A DNA stretch of 35,811 nt from Gemmatimonadota bacterium (GTDB taxonomy: Bacteria > Gemmatimonadota > Gemmatimonadetes > Palauibacterales > Palauibacteraceae), in assembly GCA_039588275.1 (NCBI GenBank), contig JBDHAC010000034.1, positions 29,997-65,807 of the forward strand, written 5' to 3'. A program made the position numbers and the translations under genes. Of this stretch, positions 35,675 through 35,811 are shown piece by piece; positions within the stretch are counted from its first letter, which is position 1, and each line of letters opens with the position of its first letter. The notes under the pieces are model-generated. The model saw nothing but the letters and a program-made list of their open reading frames with translations, searched no databases and was not told the DNA's origin.

Positions 35675-35739
35675 CCGGGACGCAGGGCGCGCGGCGCGGA
35701 CTGGCGACCCAAAGCGCGCCCACCCATAATCCCCCCCCA

Positions 35740-35811
35740 CGGGGCGTGGCGCAGTCCGGTAGCGCACCTGCTTTGGGAGCAGGGGGTCGCCGGTTCGAAT
35801 CCGGCCGCCCC
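35740..35811 (+). tRNA. tRNA-Pro (anticodon UGG), 3' end truncated by window edge
   Basis: CGGGGCG-TG-GCGC-AGTCCGGTA-GCGC-A-CCTGC-TTTGGGA-GCAGG-GGGTC-GCCGG-TTCGAAT-CCGGC-CGCCCC; CATAAT -10-like box at 35725-35730. Confidence 0.95.

Overview
GC-rich bacterial core-chromosome window (Gram-negative envelope genes; gene content and order suggest Gemmatimonadota, which is inference). In order: 3' end of metK, ahcY, a DUF151 bifunctional nuclease, and a cobalamin riboswitch heading a btuF-btuC-btuD-btuB(TonB receptor)-lipoprotein operon that runs on into recO and selB. Then a minus-strand PTS IIA(Ntr-like) plus short C4 zinc-ribbon pair, tmRNA, greA and mlaE-mlaF-mlaD. Next hldA-ridA-tRNA(Sec)-DUF5683-like-murI, lpxH, and thioesterase-lipoprotein-lptE-small protein. 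These are followed by a 10-gene Mrp/Mnh-type antiporter operon with three antiporter-like subunits and no full-length MrpA, hldC, heme O synthase, an internally duplicated membrane protein and rdgB. The window ends with a sigma54-type promoter before tadE-tadE-tadG(vWA) and a truncated tRNA-Pro(UGG). No mobile element, CRISPR array or rRNA was seen. Most unusual: (i) a signal-peptide-bearing CDS whose only canonical start lies inside the tRNA-Sec gene on the same strand, followed by murI with an apparent CTG start overlapping that CDS's stop; (ii) a B12-riboswitch operon with a BtuG-like lipoprotein that may extend to recO/selB; (iii) a PtsN plus mini HP0958/CT398-like module; (iv) an Mrp subunit with no canonical start before its first TM helix. 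All protein calls come from motif recognition by eye, not database searches.
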